Below, one piece after another: positions 1 through 10,529 of a DNA stretch of 45,604 nt. Location: the NCBI RefSeq assembly GCF_003334335.1, contig NZ_QOWQ01000036.1. The stretch is one strand, 5' to 3'. Under the pieces are notes generated by a model that was not told the DNA's origin, searched no databases, and saw only the letters and a list, made by a program, of their open reading frames with translations. The DNA comes from Escherichia coli (GTDB taxonomy: Bacteria; Pseudomonadota; Gammaproteobacteria; Enterobacterales; Enterobacteriaceae). Within the stretch, counting starts at the first letter, position 1, and every line of letters begins with the position of its first letter. Position numbers and translations under genes: made by a program.

Positions 1-71
1 GGTGATGACGGGATCGAACCGCCGACCCCCTCCTTGTAAGGGAGGTGCTCTCCCAGCTGAGCTAATCACCC
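1..71 (-). tRNA. valZ: tRNA-Val (anticodon UAC), 3' end cut by window edge
   Basis: Reverse complement matches the tRNA-Val(UAC) gene; anticodon loop CTTACAA visible; last 5 nt incl. CCA lie outside the window. Gene name from position in cluster (memory). Confidence 0.85.
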
Positions 72-220
72 GATACTGCGCTGGATACTACAAACTACTT
101 CCACCGAACCCACCGTCATTAGTGGTGGGTCGTGCAGGATGACTCGCTTCGCTCGCCCTACGGGCCGTTGCTGACGCAACGTTATCCTACACGCTTAACA
201 TCTGTCTTCGATGTTAAAAC

Positions 221-296
221 TGGTGGGTCGTGCAGGATTCGAACCTGCGACCAATTGATTAAAAGTCAACTGCTCTACCAACTGAGCTAACGACCC
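221..296 (-). tRNA. lysW: tRNA-Lys (anticodon UUU)
   Basis: 76-nt reverse-complement match to tRNA-Lys(UUU) with encoded CCA; anticodon loop CTTTTAA. Confidence 0.9.
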
Positions 297-300
297 GAAG

Positions 301-376
301 TGGTGGGTGATGACGGGATCGAACCGCCGACCCCCTCCTTGTAAGGGAGGTGCTCTCCCAGCTGAGCTAATCACCC
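301..376 (-). tRNA. valT: tRNA-Val (anticodon UAC)
   Basis: 76-nt reverse-complement match to tRNA-Val(UAC), identical to the copy at 1-71. Confidence 0.9.
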
Positions 377-511
377 GATACTACGCTGGATACTACAACT
401 AACTATGTTAGTGGTGGGTCGTGCAGGATGACTCGACTTCGTCTCGCCCTTCGGGCCGTTGCTCATGCAACGTTATCCTTCACGTTTTACTACCGCTTCC
501 ACCTTAGCGAT

Positions 512-587
512 TGGTGGGTCGTGCAGGATTCGAACCTGCGACCAATTGATTAAAAGTCAACTGCTCTACCAACTGAGCTAACGACCC
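512..587 (-). tRNA. lysT: tRNA-Lys (anticodon UUU)
   Basis: 76-nt sequence identical to the copy at 221-296; first tRNA after cpoB. Confidence 0.9.
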
Positions 588-709
588 ACTTTTTCGTTGC
601 TTTCGGTTTGTTTGATATCCCGTGGCAACGGCGGCATATATTACTGATTTCAGACTTGAGCGCAACAAAAATTTCGATGTAGATCACTCAACTGCTTATG
701 ATTCGCACG

Positions 710-743
710 ACACGACCAGAAATAATGCGACTTCTGGTCGTGT
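710..743 (-). other. 12-bp stem / 10-nt loop hairpin between cpoB stop and the tRNA operon
   Basis: cacgaccagaa (711-721) pairs perfectly with ttctggtcgtg (732-742), extended by a710:t743; no U-tract follows on either strand. Confidence 0.4.
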
Positions 744-751
744 GTTATGCA

Positions 752-1543
752 TTACATCGCGTTCAGACGTTTTTGTGCCTGTTTAGCGCCATCAGTACCA
801 GGGTATTTACTGATAACCTGCTGGTATACGGCTTTCGCTTTTGCGGTGTCACCTTTGTCCTGCATGATGACGCCGACTTTAAACATCGCATCTGCAGCCT
901 TTGGTGACTTCGGATAGTTTTTCACTACCGAAGCAAAATAGTACGCCGCATCATCTTTTTTACCCTTGTTGTAGTTTAACTGACCCAGCCAATAATTGGC
1001 GTTTGGCAGGTAAGTTGAATCAGGGTAATTTTTGATGAAATTCTGAAATGCCACCATTGCGTCATCCTGGCGGGATTTATCCTGCACCAGCGCAATAGCT
1101 GCATTGTAATCCGTGTTTGCATTACCGCTTTTCACCGGCGCGCCAGCATTCGCAGTACCAGCATCAGCTGTCGGCGTCGTTGATGCCGCCGCACCGCTTT
1201 GATCGCCGCTGGTTGATTGCGCCGCTGCACCACCGCTGCTGAGGCTGTCGATCTGCAACAGGATCTGCTTTTGCCGCTCCACGACCTGATTCAGTTGATA
1301 CTGATTTTCCTGAATCTGACCACGCAGGGAATCAATATCGGATTGATTATCAGAAAGTTGTTGCTGGAGTTGGGTTAAAAGCTGGCTGTGAGCATTAGAA
1401 ATACGCTCAAGTTGAGTGACGCGGTCTTCGACCGAGCCTGAGCCGACACTACTGATTGGTGCCTGAGCAAAAGCGGCCCAGGGGGCCGCTATACCAACCA
1501 GTAACGACAGACTCAATAGTTGATGTCTGAAGTTACTGCTCAT
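752..1543 (-). CDS. cpoB: Cell division coordinator CpoB (YbgF), TPR protein
   Basis: 263-aa ORF with signal peptide, coiled-coil and TPR-like C-terminus; 9 nt downstream of pal. Confidence 0.93.
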   Translation of the reverse strand: MSSNFRHQLLSLSLLVGIAAPWAAFAQAPISSVGSGSVEDRVTQLERISNAHSQLLTQLQQQLSDNQSDIDSLRGQIQENQYQLNQVVERQKQILLQIDSLSSGGAAAQSTSGDQSGAAASTTPTADAGTANAGAPVKSGNANTDYNAAIALVQDKSRQDDAMVAFQNFIKNYPDSTYLPNANYWLGQLNYNKGKKDDAAYYFASVVKNYPKSPKAADAMFKVGVIMQDKGDTAKAKAVYQQVISKYPGTDGAKQAQKRLNAM

Positions 1544-1552
1544 GCAATTCTC

Positions 1553-2098
<546 letters not shown>

Positions 2099-2108
2099 TT
2101 AATTATTA

Positions 2109-3401
2109 TCACAGATACGGCGACCAGGCAGGGAATTTGACCTGTCCATCAGTTGCCGGAAGACGCGCTTTGAAACGCCCATCTGTAGAAACCAAATTCA
2201 GCACGGATCCCATCCCCTGAGAAGAGCTGTAGATTACCATAGTGCCGTTAGGTGCCAGACTTGGCGTTTCATCCAGGAACGTGGACGACAGAACTTGTAC
2301 GCCTCCCGTTGCCAGATCTTGTTTGGCAATGTGCTGCTGCCCACCATTGGAGCTGACCATTACCATAAATTTACCGTCGCTGCTGACATCCGCATCCTGG
2401 TTCTGCGAACCTTCCCAGGTAATACGTTGTGGCGCACCGCCGTTGATATTCACTTTATAAACCTGCGGACGACCGGCCTGGTCAGAAGTAAATGCCAGGT
2501 TCTGGCTATCCGGGAACCAGGTCGGTTCGGTATTGTTACTGCGACCATCAGTCACCTGGCGGATCTGACCAGAAGCCAAATCCATTACGTACAGGTTCAG
2601 ACTACCGGTTTTCGACAAGGCGAATGCCAGTTTGCTGCCGTCTGGCGAGAATGCAGGTGCACCGTTGTGACGCGGGAATGAAGCCACCTGACGTACAGCG
2701 CCATTTGCCAGCGTCTGAATAACCAGCGCGGAACGACCGCTTTCGAAGGTCACATAAGCCAGTTTAGAACCGTCTGGTGACCACGCCGGAGACATCAGCG
2801 GCTGCGGTGAACGGTGAACGACAAACTGGTTGTAACCGTCATAGTCAGATACGCGCAGTTCATACGGGAACTGACCGCCGTTGGTCTGAACAACGTAGGC
2901 AATACGAGTACGGAACGCACCTTTAATGCCGGTCAGTTTTTCAAACACTTCATCACTGGCGGTATGACCAGCATAACGCAGCCACTGCTTGTTCACTTTG
3001 TACGAGTTCTGAGCAAGTACAGTACCCGGTGCGCCGCCAGTGTCAACAAGTTGATAAGCAACATTGTAAGAACCATCCGGATTCGGAGTGACCTGACCGA
3101 CAACTACAGCGTCAATGCCCAGTGCGGACCATGCAGCTGGTTGTACTTCCTGCGCACTACCCGGCTGCTGTGGCAGACGAGCGCGATCTAACGGATTAAA
3201 TTTACCGCTGTTACGCAAGTCAGCAGCAACGATGCCGCCAATATCTTCAGGTGCCGCACCAGGCCCCGCCCACTGGAAAGGAACAACACCAATAGGACGA
3301 CCGGAATCTACACCGCTGTCGATCACAATGCGGACTTCAGCATGCAGAACTGATGCCCACAGTATGAGAAAACCAAATGCTACTCGTAATGCCTGCTTCA
3401 T
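2109..3401 (-). CDS. tolB: Tol-Pal system beta-propeller protein TolB
   Basis: ORF begins MMKQALRV...; second Met taken as start (430 aa); signal peptide plus WD-like repeats. Confidence 0.95.
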   Translation of the reverse strand: MKQALRVAFGFLILWASVLHAEVRIVIDSGVDSGRPIGVVPFQWAGPGAAPEDIGGIVAADLRNSGKFNPLDRARLPQQPGSAQEVQPAAWSALGIDAVVVGQVTPNPDGSYNVAYQLVDTGGAPGTVLAQNSYKVNKQWLRYAGHTASDEVFEKLTGIKGAFRTRIAYVVQTNGGQFPYELRVSDYDGYNQFVVHRSPQPLMSPAWSPDGSKLAYVTFESGRSALVIQTLANGAVRQVASFPRHNGAPAFSPDGSKLAFALSKTGSLNLYVMDLASGQIRQVTDGRSNNTEPTWFPDSQNLAFTSDQAGRPQVYKVNINGGAPQRITWEGSQNQDADVSSDGKFMVMVSSNGGQQHIAKQDLATGGVQVLSSTFLDETPSLAPNGTMVIYSSSQGMGSVLNLVSTDGRFKARLPATDGQVKFPAWSPYL

Positions 3402-3533
3402 CATATCTCCCTTATCTGGACCGATGGCCCACGATAATTTAGCAGAATGTTAACAAACTAAAATACACAAAACTACCAGAACCCCGTGGCAACCGGTGCC
3501 TGATGTTGACCGTCCGAACAGTCAACATCGCGA

Positions 3534-4799
3534 TTACGGTTTGAAGTCCAATGGCGCGTTTTTGAACACTTCATATACTGCCTGGCTTGGTGGTTTCGGG
3601 ATCTTCGCAAGTTTAGCTGCTGCCAACGCAGCCTGACAAAGTGCGGGATCGCCACCTTCAGGTTTGATATCCAGTAACATACCATCGGGTGCCAGTTTTA
3701 TGCGCAGCGTACAGGTTTTGCCTGCATAGGACGATGCGTCATAGAACTTACTTTCGATAGCAGATTTAATCTGCCCGGCATAGTTATTGATATCGGCCCC
3801 TGATGCGCCATTGTTTTTAGTATTACCACTCCCGGCAGGCGAAGCATTGTTCCCTTTCGCCCCTCCCCCCGTTTTCGGTGCATTCTTACCAGAGCTTAGC
3901 TCACCGAAAATATCATCTGCCTCTGCGGCCGCTTTTGCTGCAGCGGCTTTTTCAGCTGCAGCTTTTGCCGCTGCCGCTTTTTTGTCTGCGGCGGCTTTTT
4001 CTGCCGCTGCTTTCTTATCAGCTGCTGCCTTTTCAGCAGCCGCTTTTTCTGCTGCTTTTTTGTCGGCTGCAGCTTTCTCTGCTGCCGCTTTCTTATCAGC
4101 TGCAGCCTTTTCAGCAGCCGCTTTCTTCTCAGCTTCTGCTTTGGCTTTTTCAGCAGCTTCAGTTGCCGCTTTCTTTCTTGCTTCAGCTGCAGCTGCTTCT
4201 GCCGCTTCCGCTTTCTTCTTCAGTGCCGCAGCGGCTGCCTCGGCTTTTTTCTGCGCTTCGGCTGCGGCTTTGGCGGCTTCTGCTTCTGCTTTTTTCTTTG
4301 CGTCTGCAGCCGCTTTCTTCGCTGCTTCTTCCGCAGCTTTAGCATCTGCTTCGGCCTTCGCTTTAGCATCTGCCGCCGCTTTCGCTGCCGCCTCTTCAGC
4401 TTGCTTCTGCTTTAACTCGGCCTGTTTTGCGGCTTCTTCAGCCTGCTTTTTCTGCTCCTGAGCCGCTAACCGCTCTTTCTCAAGTTGCTTCAGGCGTTCC
4501 TGTTCAGCCGCTTGTTTCTCACGCAGTTCTTCAGCAGCCTGCTGTTCCTTCATCTTGCGCTGTTCATCAGAACGCTTCGCGCTTGATTCCTGGCTTTGCA
4601 TGCGTTTGTACTGCTCAACTACCGCACCTGAATCAACCATGACAGCGTCGATGGACGAACCACCGCCGCCTCCGGCTGAAGCTTCTATATTCTCATCGAA
4701 CGAACTCCAGATCAGCGCCGCAAATAAGATGACATGCAGCACTGCTGAAATAATTATCGCCCGCTTGAGCTTGTCGTTTTGTTCGGTTGCCTTTGACAC
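3534..4799 (-). CDS. tolA: Tol-Pal system protein TolA
   Basis: 421 aa; N-terminal TM helix, long Ala/Lys/Glu-rich central helix, C-terminal domain. Confidence 0.95.
   Translation of the reverse strand: MSKATEQNDKLKRAIIISAVLHVILFAALIWSSFDENIEASAGGGGGSSIDAVMVDSGAVVEQYKRMQSQESSAKRSDEQRKMKEQQAAEELREKQAAEQERLKQLEKERLAAQEQKKQAEEAAKQAELKQKQAEEAAAKAAADAKAKAEADAKAAEEAAKKAAADAKKKAEAEAAKAAAEAQKKAEAAAAALKKKAEAAEAAAAEARKKAATEAAEKAKAEAEKKAAAEKAAADKKAAAEKAAADKKAAEKAAAEKAAADKKAAAEKAAADKKAAAAKAAAEKAAAAKAAAEADDIFGELSSGKNAPKTGGGAKGNNASPAGSGNTKNNGASGADINNYAGQIKSAIESKFYDASSYAGKTCTLRIKLAPDGMLLDIKPEGGDPALCQAALAAAKLAKIPKPPSQAVYEVFKNAPLDFKP
3900..4420. repeat. Low-complexity GCn/AAA-rich coding repeats (TolA domain II)
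   Basis: Reiterated gctgc(c/a)gc...ttt units encoding AAEKAAADKKAAAEK-type repeats; produces spurious ORFs on the opposite strand. Confidence 0.8.
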
Positions 4800-4863
4800 T
4801 CTCGGTTTCCAAAAACTGTTCGCCTGTTACCCGCTCTCTTTCAAGCAAGGGAAACGCAGATGT

Positions 4864-5292
4864 TTAGATAGGCTGCGTCATTAAACCAACCGATTTCACA
4901 CCCGCACTATGTAACAAGTTCAGTGCTTTAATTATTTCATCGTAAGGCACATCTTTTGCGCCACCGATCAGAAAGACCGTTTTCGGGTTGGCCTTGAAAC
5001 GGCTGGACACTTCCGCCACCACCTGCTCTGGTGGTAAACGCTCCAGGCGATCTTTCTCAACCACCACGGTGTACTGACCAATACCAGACACTTCAACAAT
5101 CACTGGCGGATTATCGTTACTGCTCACCGCCTGTGATTCAGTAGCGTCTGGCAGATCGACCTCCACGCTCTGGGTGATGATGGGCGCTGTCGCCATAAAG
5201 ATCAGCAACAGCACCAGCAGTACGTCCAGCAACGGTACAATGTTGATTTCGGACTTGAGATCGCGACGACCTCGTCCACGCGCTCTGGCCAT
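4864..5292 (-). CDS. tolR: Tol-Pal system protein TolR
   Basis: 142 aa, ExbD/TolR family, single N-terminal TM segment. Confidence 0.95.
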   Translation of the reverse strand: MARARGRGRRDLKSEINIVPLLDVLLVLLLIFMATAPIITQSVEVDLPDATESQAVSSNDNPPVIVEVSGIGQYTVVVEKDRLERLPPEQVVAEVSSRFKANPKTVFLIGGAKDVPYDEIIKALNLLHSAGVKSVGLMTQPI

Positions 5293-5295
5293 GGC

Positions 5296-6389
<1,094 letters not shown>

Positions 6390-6486
6390 TTTACATCCCG
6401 GTAATGCAACAAAAGTTAGAGCTTTTAAACGCTGCTACTATACGCGCGCGATTGAGGTTTGGGAATGAGGGCAAGTTAAGGGAGCG

Positions 6487-6515
6487 TAAAAATTTATGGG
6501 CCTGGAGCGGCCCAT
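6487..6515 (-). terminator. Putative intrinsic terminator after ybgE (palindrome, possibly bidirectional)
   Basis: Stem atgggcc/ggcccat (6496-6515) followed on the minus strand by AAATTTTTA; plus strand also has a T-run after the stem. Confidence 0.55.
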
Positions 6516-6538
6516 AATTTTTTAAAGAGAATTCTGAT

Positions 6539-6832
6539 TTAAAAGAAGAAGAAAATCAGCCCGACAATGAGAACAATATCGGCAAGCAATGGGCAAAAAA
6601 TCCCTTGCCAAAGAACCTTCTGCGGACGAAAGCCCACGCCGTGAATCACACCAGCACAGACGGCCCACATCAGCAATAAACCATGCCAGATTTCCAGTTC
6701 ACTGGTCTTCGCGGCAAAACGAGATGGGTCCCAAAACATACATCCTGCTAACAGAAGCGCCATCACGAAGGAAAGCGCCCGCAGGGGGCGCTTGTCCATT
6801 ACCGCATACAAAGTCGCGATAATCTTACTCAT
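6539..6832 (-). CDS. ybgE: Cyd operon small membrane protein YbgE
   Basis: 97-aa hydrophobic ORF directly downstream of cydX. Confidence 0.85.
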   Translation of the reverse strand: MSKIIATLYAVMDKRPLRALSFVMALLLAGCMFWDPSRFAAKTSELEIWHGLLLMWAVCAGVIHGVGFRPQKVLWQGIFCPLLADIVLIVGLIFFFF

Positions 6833-6945
6833 CAGATGTCTTCTTGACCGGCTTTGCCTGATTCGACGTGTTCAAGCGCCAGCGCGGTGATTACCCCAAA
6901 CGAACAGGCAAGAAGCGTTCCCAGAATCCATGCGAAATACCACAT
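6832..6945 (-). CDS. cydX: Cytochrome bd-I accessory small subunit CydX (37 aa)
   Basis: Below the ORF-track size cut-off; hand translation from ATG at 6945 gives MWYFA...; stop overlaps ybgE start codon by 1 nt. Confidence 0.8.
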   Translation of the reverse strand: MWYFAWILGTLLACSFGVITALALEHVESGKAGQEDI

Positions 6946-6959
6946 TTTTAGCTCCTTAC

Positions 6960-8099
6960 TTAGTACAGAGAGTGGGTGTTACGTTCAATATCTTCTTTGG
7001 TGATACGACCGAACATTTTCCAGTAACACCAGGCGGTGTAGAGCAGAATGATCGGTACCAGAACCACCGCAACCCAGGTCATGACGTTAAGCGTCAGCTG
7101 GCTGGAAGTTGCATCCCACATTGTCAGACTTGCGTTCATCATGGTGCTGGACGGCATCACAAACGGGAACATTGCGATACCGGCTGTCAGGATGATGCAG
7201 GCCAGCGTCAGGGAGGAGAACACAAACGCCCACGCGGCTTTATCCATACGTGCAGTCAGGATGGTCAGCAGCGGCAGAACCACACCCAGTGCCGGAATAG
7301 CCCACAGAATTGGCGTGTTGTTGAAGTTAACCAGCCATGCGCCAGCTTCACGAACCACTTCTTTATTCAGTGGGTTAGAGGCTGCGTAATGGTCCATTGT
7401 CGATTTCACGACATAACCATCGATACCGTACATCACCCATACGCCAGCCAGTGCGAAACAGACCAGTGTCACCAGCGCAGCCACCTGAGCCGTTGCACGG
7501 GTACGCAGGTGCAGTTCGCCCACGGTACGCATTTGCAGATAGGTTGCGCCCTGAGTAATGATCATCCCTACGCTCACCACGCCTGCCAGCAGGCCGAACG
7601 GGTTAAGCAACTGGAAGAAGTTACCGGTGTAGTACAGACGCAGATATTCATCAACGTTGAACGGTACGCCCTGCAACAGGTTACCGAACGCTACACCAAT
7701 TACCAGCGGCGGAACGAAGCTACCAATGAAGATGCCCCAGTCCCACATGTTACGCCAGCGGGTTTCTTCAATCTTGGAGCGGTAGTCAAAACCGACCGGA
7801 CGGAAGAACAAAGACGCCAGCACGAGGATCATCGCCACATAGAAGCCGGAGAACGCAGCGGCATAGACCATCGGCCAGGCAGCAAAGAGTGCGCCGCCCG
7901 CGGTGATCAGCCAAACCTGGTTACCGTCCCAGTGTGGTGCAATGGAGTTAATCATAATTCGACGCTCGGTGTCGTTACGACCGAGGAAACGGGTGAGCAT
8001 GCCCACCCCCATGTCGAAACCGTCAGTGACTGCAAAACCAATCAGCAGAACGCCAACCAGCAGCCACCAGATAAAACGCAATACTTCATAATCGATCAT
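6960..8099 (-). CDS. cydB: Cytochrome bd-I ubiquinol oxidase subunit II
   Basis: 379-aa polytopic membrane protein immediately downstream of cydA. Confidence 0.95.
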   Translation of the reverse strand: MIDYEVLRFIWWLLVGVLLIGFAVTDGFDMGVGMLTRFLGRNDTERRIMINSIAPHWDGNQVWLITAGGALFAAWPMVYAAAFSGFYVAMILVLASLFFRPVGFDYRSKIEETRWRNMWDWGIFIGSFVPPLVIGVAFGNLLQGVPFNVDEYLRLYYTGNFFQLLNPFGLLAGVVSVGMIITQGATYLQMRTVGELHLRTRATAQVAALVTLVCFALAGVWVMYGIDGYVVKSTMDHYAASNPLNKEVVREAGAWLVNFNNTPILWAIPALGVVLPLLTILTARMDKAAWAFVFSSLTLACIILTAGIAMFPFVMPSSTMMNASLTMWDATSSQLTLNVMTWVAVVLVPIILLYTAWCYWKMFGRITKEDIERNTHSLY

Positions 8100-8114
8100 T
8101 TGACGACTCCTGTC

Positions 8115-9683
8115 TTAGCGTGCCGGCTGAGTAGTCGTGGAAGACTGCTCAAAGTGATAGCGACCGGTTTTCAGGCTGCTTGGGCCGAGGCGTGCAAACT
8201 TGAACATTAAGAACAATTCTGCCACCAGGAACAGGGTATACAGGCCGCAAATCAGCACCATTGAGAAGATGAGATCGCCTGCGGTCAGTGACGAGTTCGC
8301 CACAGCTGTCGGCAGCACTTCACCGATAGCCCACGGTTGGCGGCCATATTCAGCCACGAACCAGCCCGCTTCTACAGCAATCCACGGCAGCGGAATACCG
8401 TACAGCGCGGCGCGCAGAAGCCATTTTTTCTCGCCAATGCGGTTGCGGATGACACTCCAGAAAGAGAGCGCGATGATTGCCAGAAGCAGGAAGCCACACG
8501 CCACCATGATACGGAACGCAAAGTACAGCGGCGCTACACGCGGGATGGAGTCTTTGGTTGCCTGTTGAATCTGCGCTTCAGTCGCATCAGCCACGTTTGG
8601 CGTATAGCGTTTCAGCAGCAGACCGTAACCGAGGTCTTTCTTCATGCTATTGAACTGGTCACGAACCGCCTGGTCGGTAGAACCAGAACGCAGTTGTTCG
8701 AGCAGAGAGTACGCCTTCATCCCGTTACGAATGCGTTCTTCATGCTGCACCATCAGCTCTTTCAGGCCGATAACCGGGGTATCCACGGAACGCGTTGCAA
8801 TGATGCCCAGTGCGTAAGGGATCTGAATCGCAAATTTGTTCGTCTCCTCTTCCTGATCAGGAATGCCGAACAGAGTAAAGGCAGCAGGCGCAGGTTGCGT
8901 TTCCCACTCGGCTTCAATAGCAGCCAGTTTGGTTTTCTGCACGTCGCCCATTTCGTAGCCGGATTCATCACCCAGAACAATAACAGACAGAACAGCAGCC
9001 ATACCGAAGCTGGCAGCGATAGCAAAGGAGCGTTTAGCGAAGGCGAAGTCACGACCTTTCAGCATATACCATGCGCTGATACCGAGGATGAACATCGCGC
9101 CAGTCACATAACCAGACGCTACAGTGTGAACGAATTTCACCTGAGCAACCGGGTTAAGCACCAGCTCGGAGAAGCTCACCATCTCCATACGCATAGTTTC
9201 AAAGTTGAAATCGGACGCGATTGGGTTTTGCATCCAGCCGTTCGCAACCAGAATCCACAGTGCGGACAGGTTTGAACCGAGCGCCACCAGCCAGGTGACA
9301 CACATATGCTGAACTTTACCCAGACGATCCCAACCGAAGAAGAACAGACCTACAAAGGTGGATTCGAGGAAGAAGGCCATCAGACCTTCGATTGCCAGCG
9401 GCGCACCGAAGATATCCCCTACATAGTGGGAATAGTAAGACCAGTTAGTCCCGAACTGGAACTCCATGGTCAGACCGGTAGCCACACCCAGAGCGAAGTT
9501 GATACCAAACAACTTGCCCCAGAACTTGGTCATATCTTTATAAATCTGTTTGCCGGAGAGGACGTAGACCGTTTCCATAATGGCCAGCAGGAACGCCATA
9601 CCGAGCGTCAGTGGCACAAAAAGGAAGTGGTACATCGCGGTCAAGGCAAACTGTAAGCGCGACAGTTCGACTATATCTAACAT
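8115..9683 (-). CDS. cydA: Cytochrome bd-I ubiquinol oxidase subunit I
   Basis: ORF starts [13 protein letters not shown]...; second Met taken as start (522 aa). Confidence 0.95.
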
Positions 9684-9686
9684 CAT

Positions 9687-10300
9687 GACTCCTTGCTCAT
9701 CGCATGAAGACTCCGAGAGTGAACCCCGTTAGAAAGGGTCACACGCATGCCCCAATAGAAATTTGTTTGAACACTTTCATCATACCATGTGAATGCACAC
9801 AAAAACGGCGTAAAGAAAGGTTGCAAACATGTTAATAAAAACTCAAATTGATCCCACGTATATATTACGCCGCAAAATCCTTACAATAAACAGGTTTTTG
9901 TTGAAGCAAATTTGCATTTTTCGACGGTGATCAATTTATAGCTAAATTACCGCCTTTCAGCCAATTTGATCGAGAACAATTTATCTCTTTTTGATGCCCA
10001 TTTCCAAGACTTATACATTGATAAATATCAATTCCTACAAATTATGTTAATCATGTTTCAATAAGGTAACTTTAGTGACATTTATGTTTAAAATGTGTGA
10101 GTTATAAGGCTGAAATTAGTTTCGGTTGGCAATTAAAGATAAAAAGAGACGAAGCAAAAACAGCACGGTTGACCTTAATTCTTTTTTTGGTCACTGGCTA
10201 ATACGACGCAGAGTTTCAGGATTACTAATAAAGGCATAAATCCACCCCGCCAATATTAACATTTAGTTAACTTATAATTATATTATAATTAACTCACCCA
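9687..10300 (-). promoter_or_regulatory. cydA upstream control region (long AT-rich leader/promoter zone)
   Basis: ~600 bp AT-rich non-coding DNA upstream of cydA with TTGAT-containing and TGTTAA-type motifs; cydAB is known to be controlled by ArcA/FNR/H-NS. Individual sites not mapped. Confidence 0.5.
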
Positions 10301-10431
10301 GGGTTATTATTTTGTTAAAAATAAAGCCACATATACGTGGCTTGAGAGTGAAGATAAACGCAAAATTACCTGATGCGCTACGCTTGCCAGTGTCTACATC
10401 ATCTCTGCAATATATTGAATTTGCCTGCTTT

Positions 10432-10467
10432 TGTAGACCGAATAAAGCGTTCATGCCGTATCCGGCA
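10432..10467. repeat. REP-like palindromic element (degenerate)
   Basis: tgtagaccgaataaagcgttcatgccgtatccggca resembles the REP consensus; lies just 3' of mngB. Confidence 0.55.
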
Positions 10468-10529
10468 TGAACAAAGCGCCCTTTGTCAACAATCTGGCCG
10501 CGCATATGTGGCTTCGGTTTGATTGCTAT

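Noticed and set aside
698-907. 69-aa plus-strand ORF spanning the cpoB 3' end and hairpin
   Set aside because: Overlaps the cpoB coding sequence on the opposite strand and the intergenic stem-loop; no supporting signals.
2109-3404. Longer N-terminal extensions offered by the ORF track for tolB, cydA, pal, sdhA, sdhC, abrB, ybgO, ybgP and ybgQ
   Set aside because: In each case an internal start gives the canonical N-terminus or signal peptide and the expected protein length; the extensions come from upstream in-frame ATG or alternative start codons.
3787-4461. Plus-strand ORFs of 224 and 154 aa inside tolA
   Set aside because: Products are pure Ala/Ser/Phe/Leu low-complexity strings generated by reading the TolA repeat region on the opposite strand.
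6930-8210. Long antisense ORFs opposite known genes (6930-8210, 8337-9275, 18381-19280, 19421-21733, 23567-25264)
   Set aside because: They lie entirely antisense to well-supported, recognisable genes (cydB/cydA, sucB, sucA, sdhA), have no recognisable domains or ribosome-binding context, and are the usual by-product of GC-rich codon-biased coding sequence.
10278-10505. 75-aa minus-strand ORF in the cydA-mngB intergenic region
   Set aside because: Overlaps a REP-like element, has no obvious ribosome-binding site and an atypical composition; treated as non-coding.
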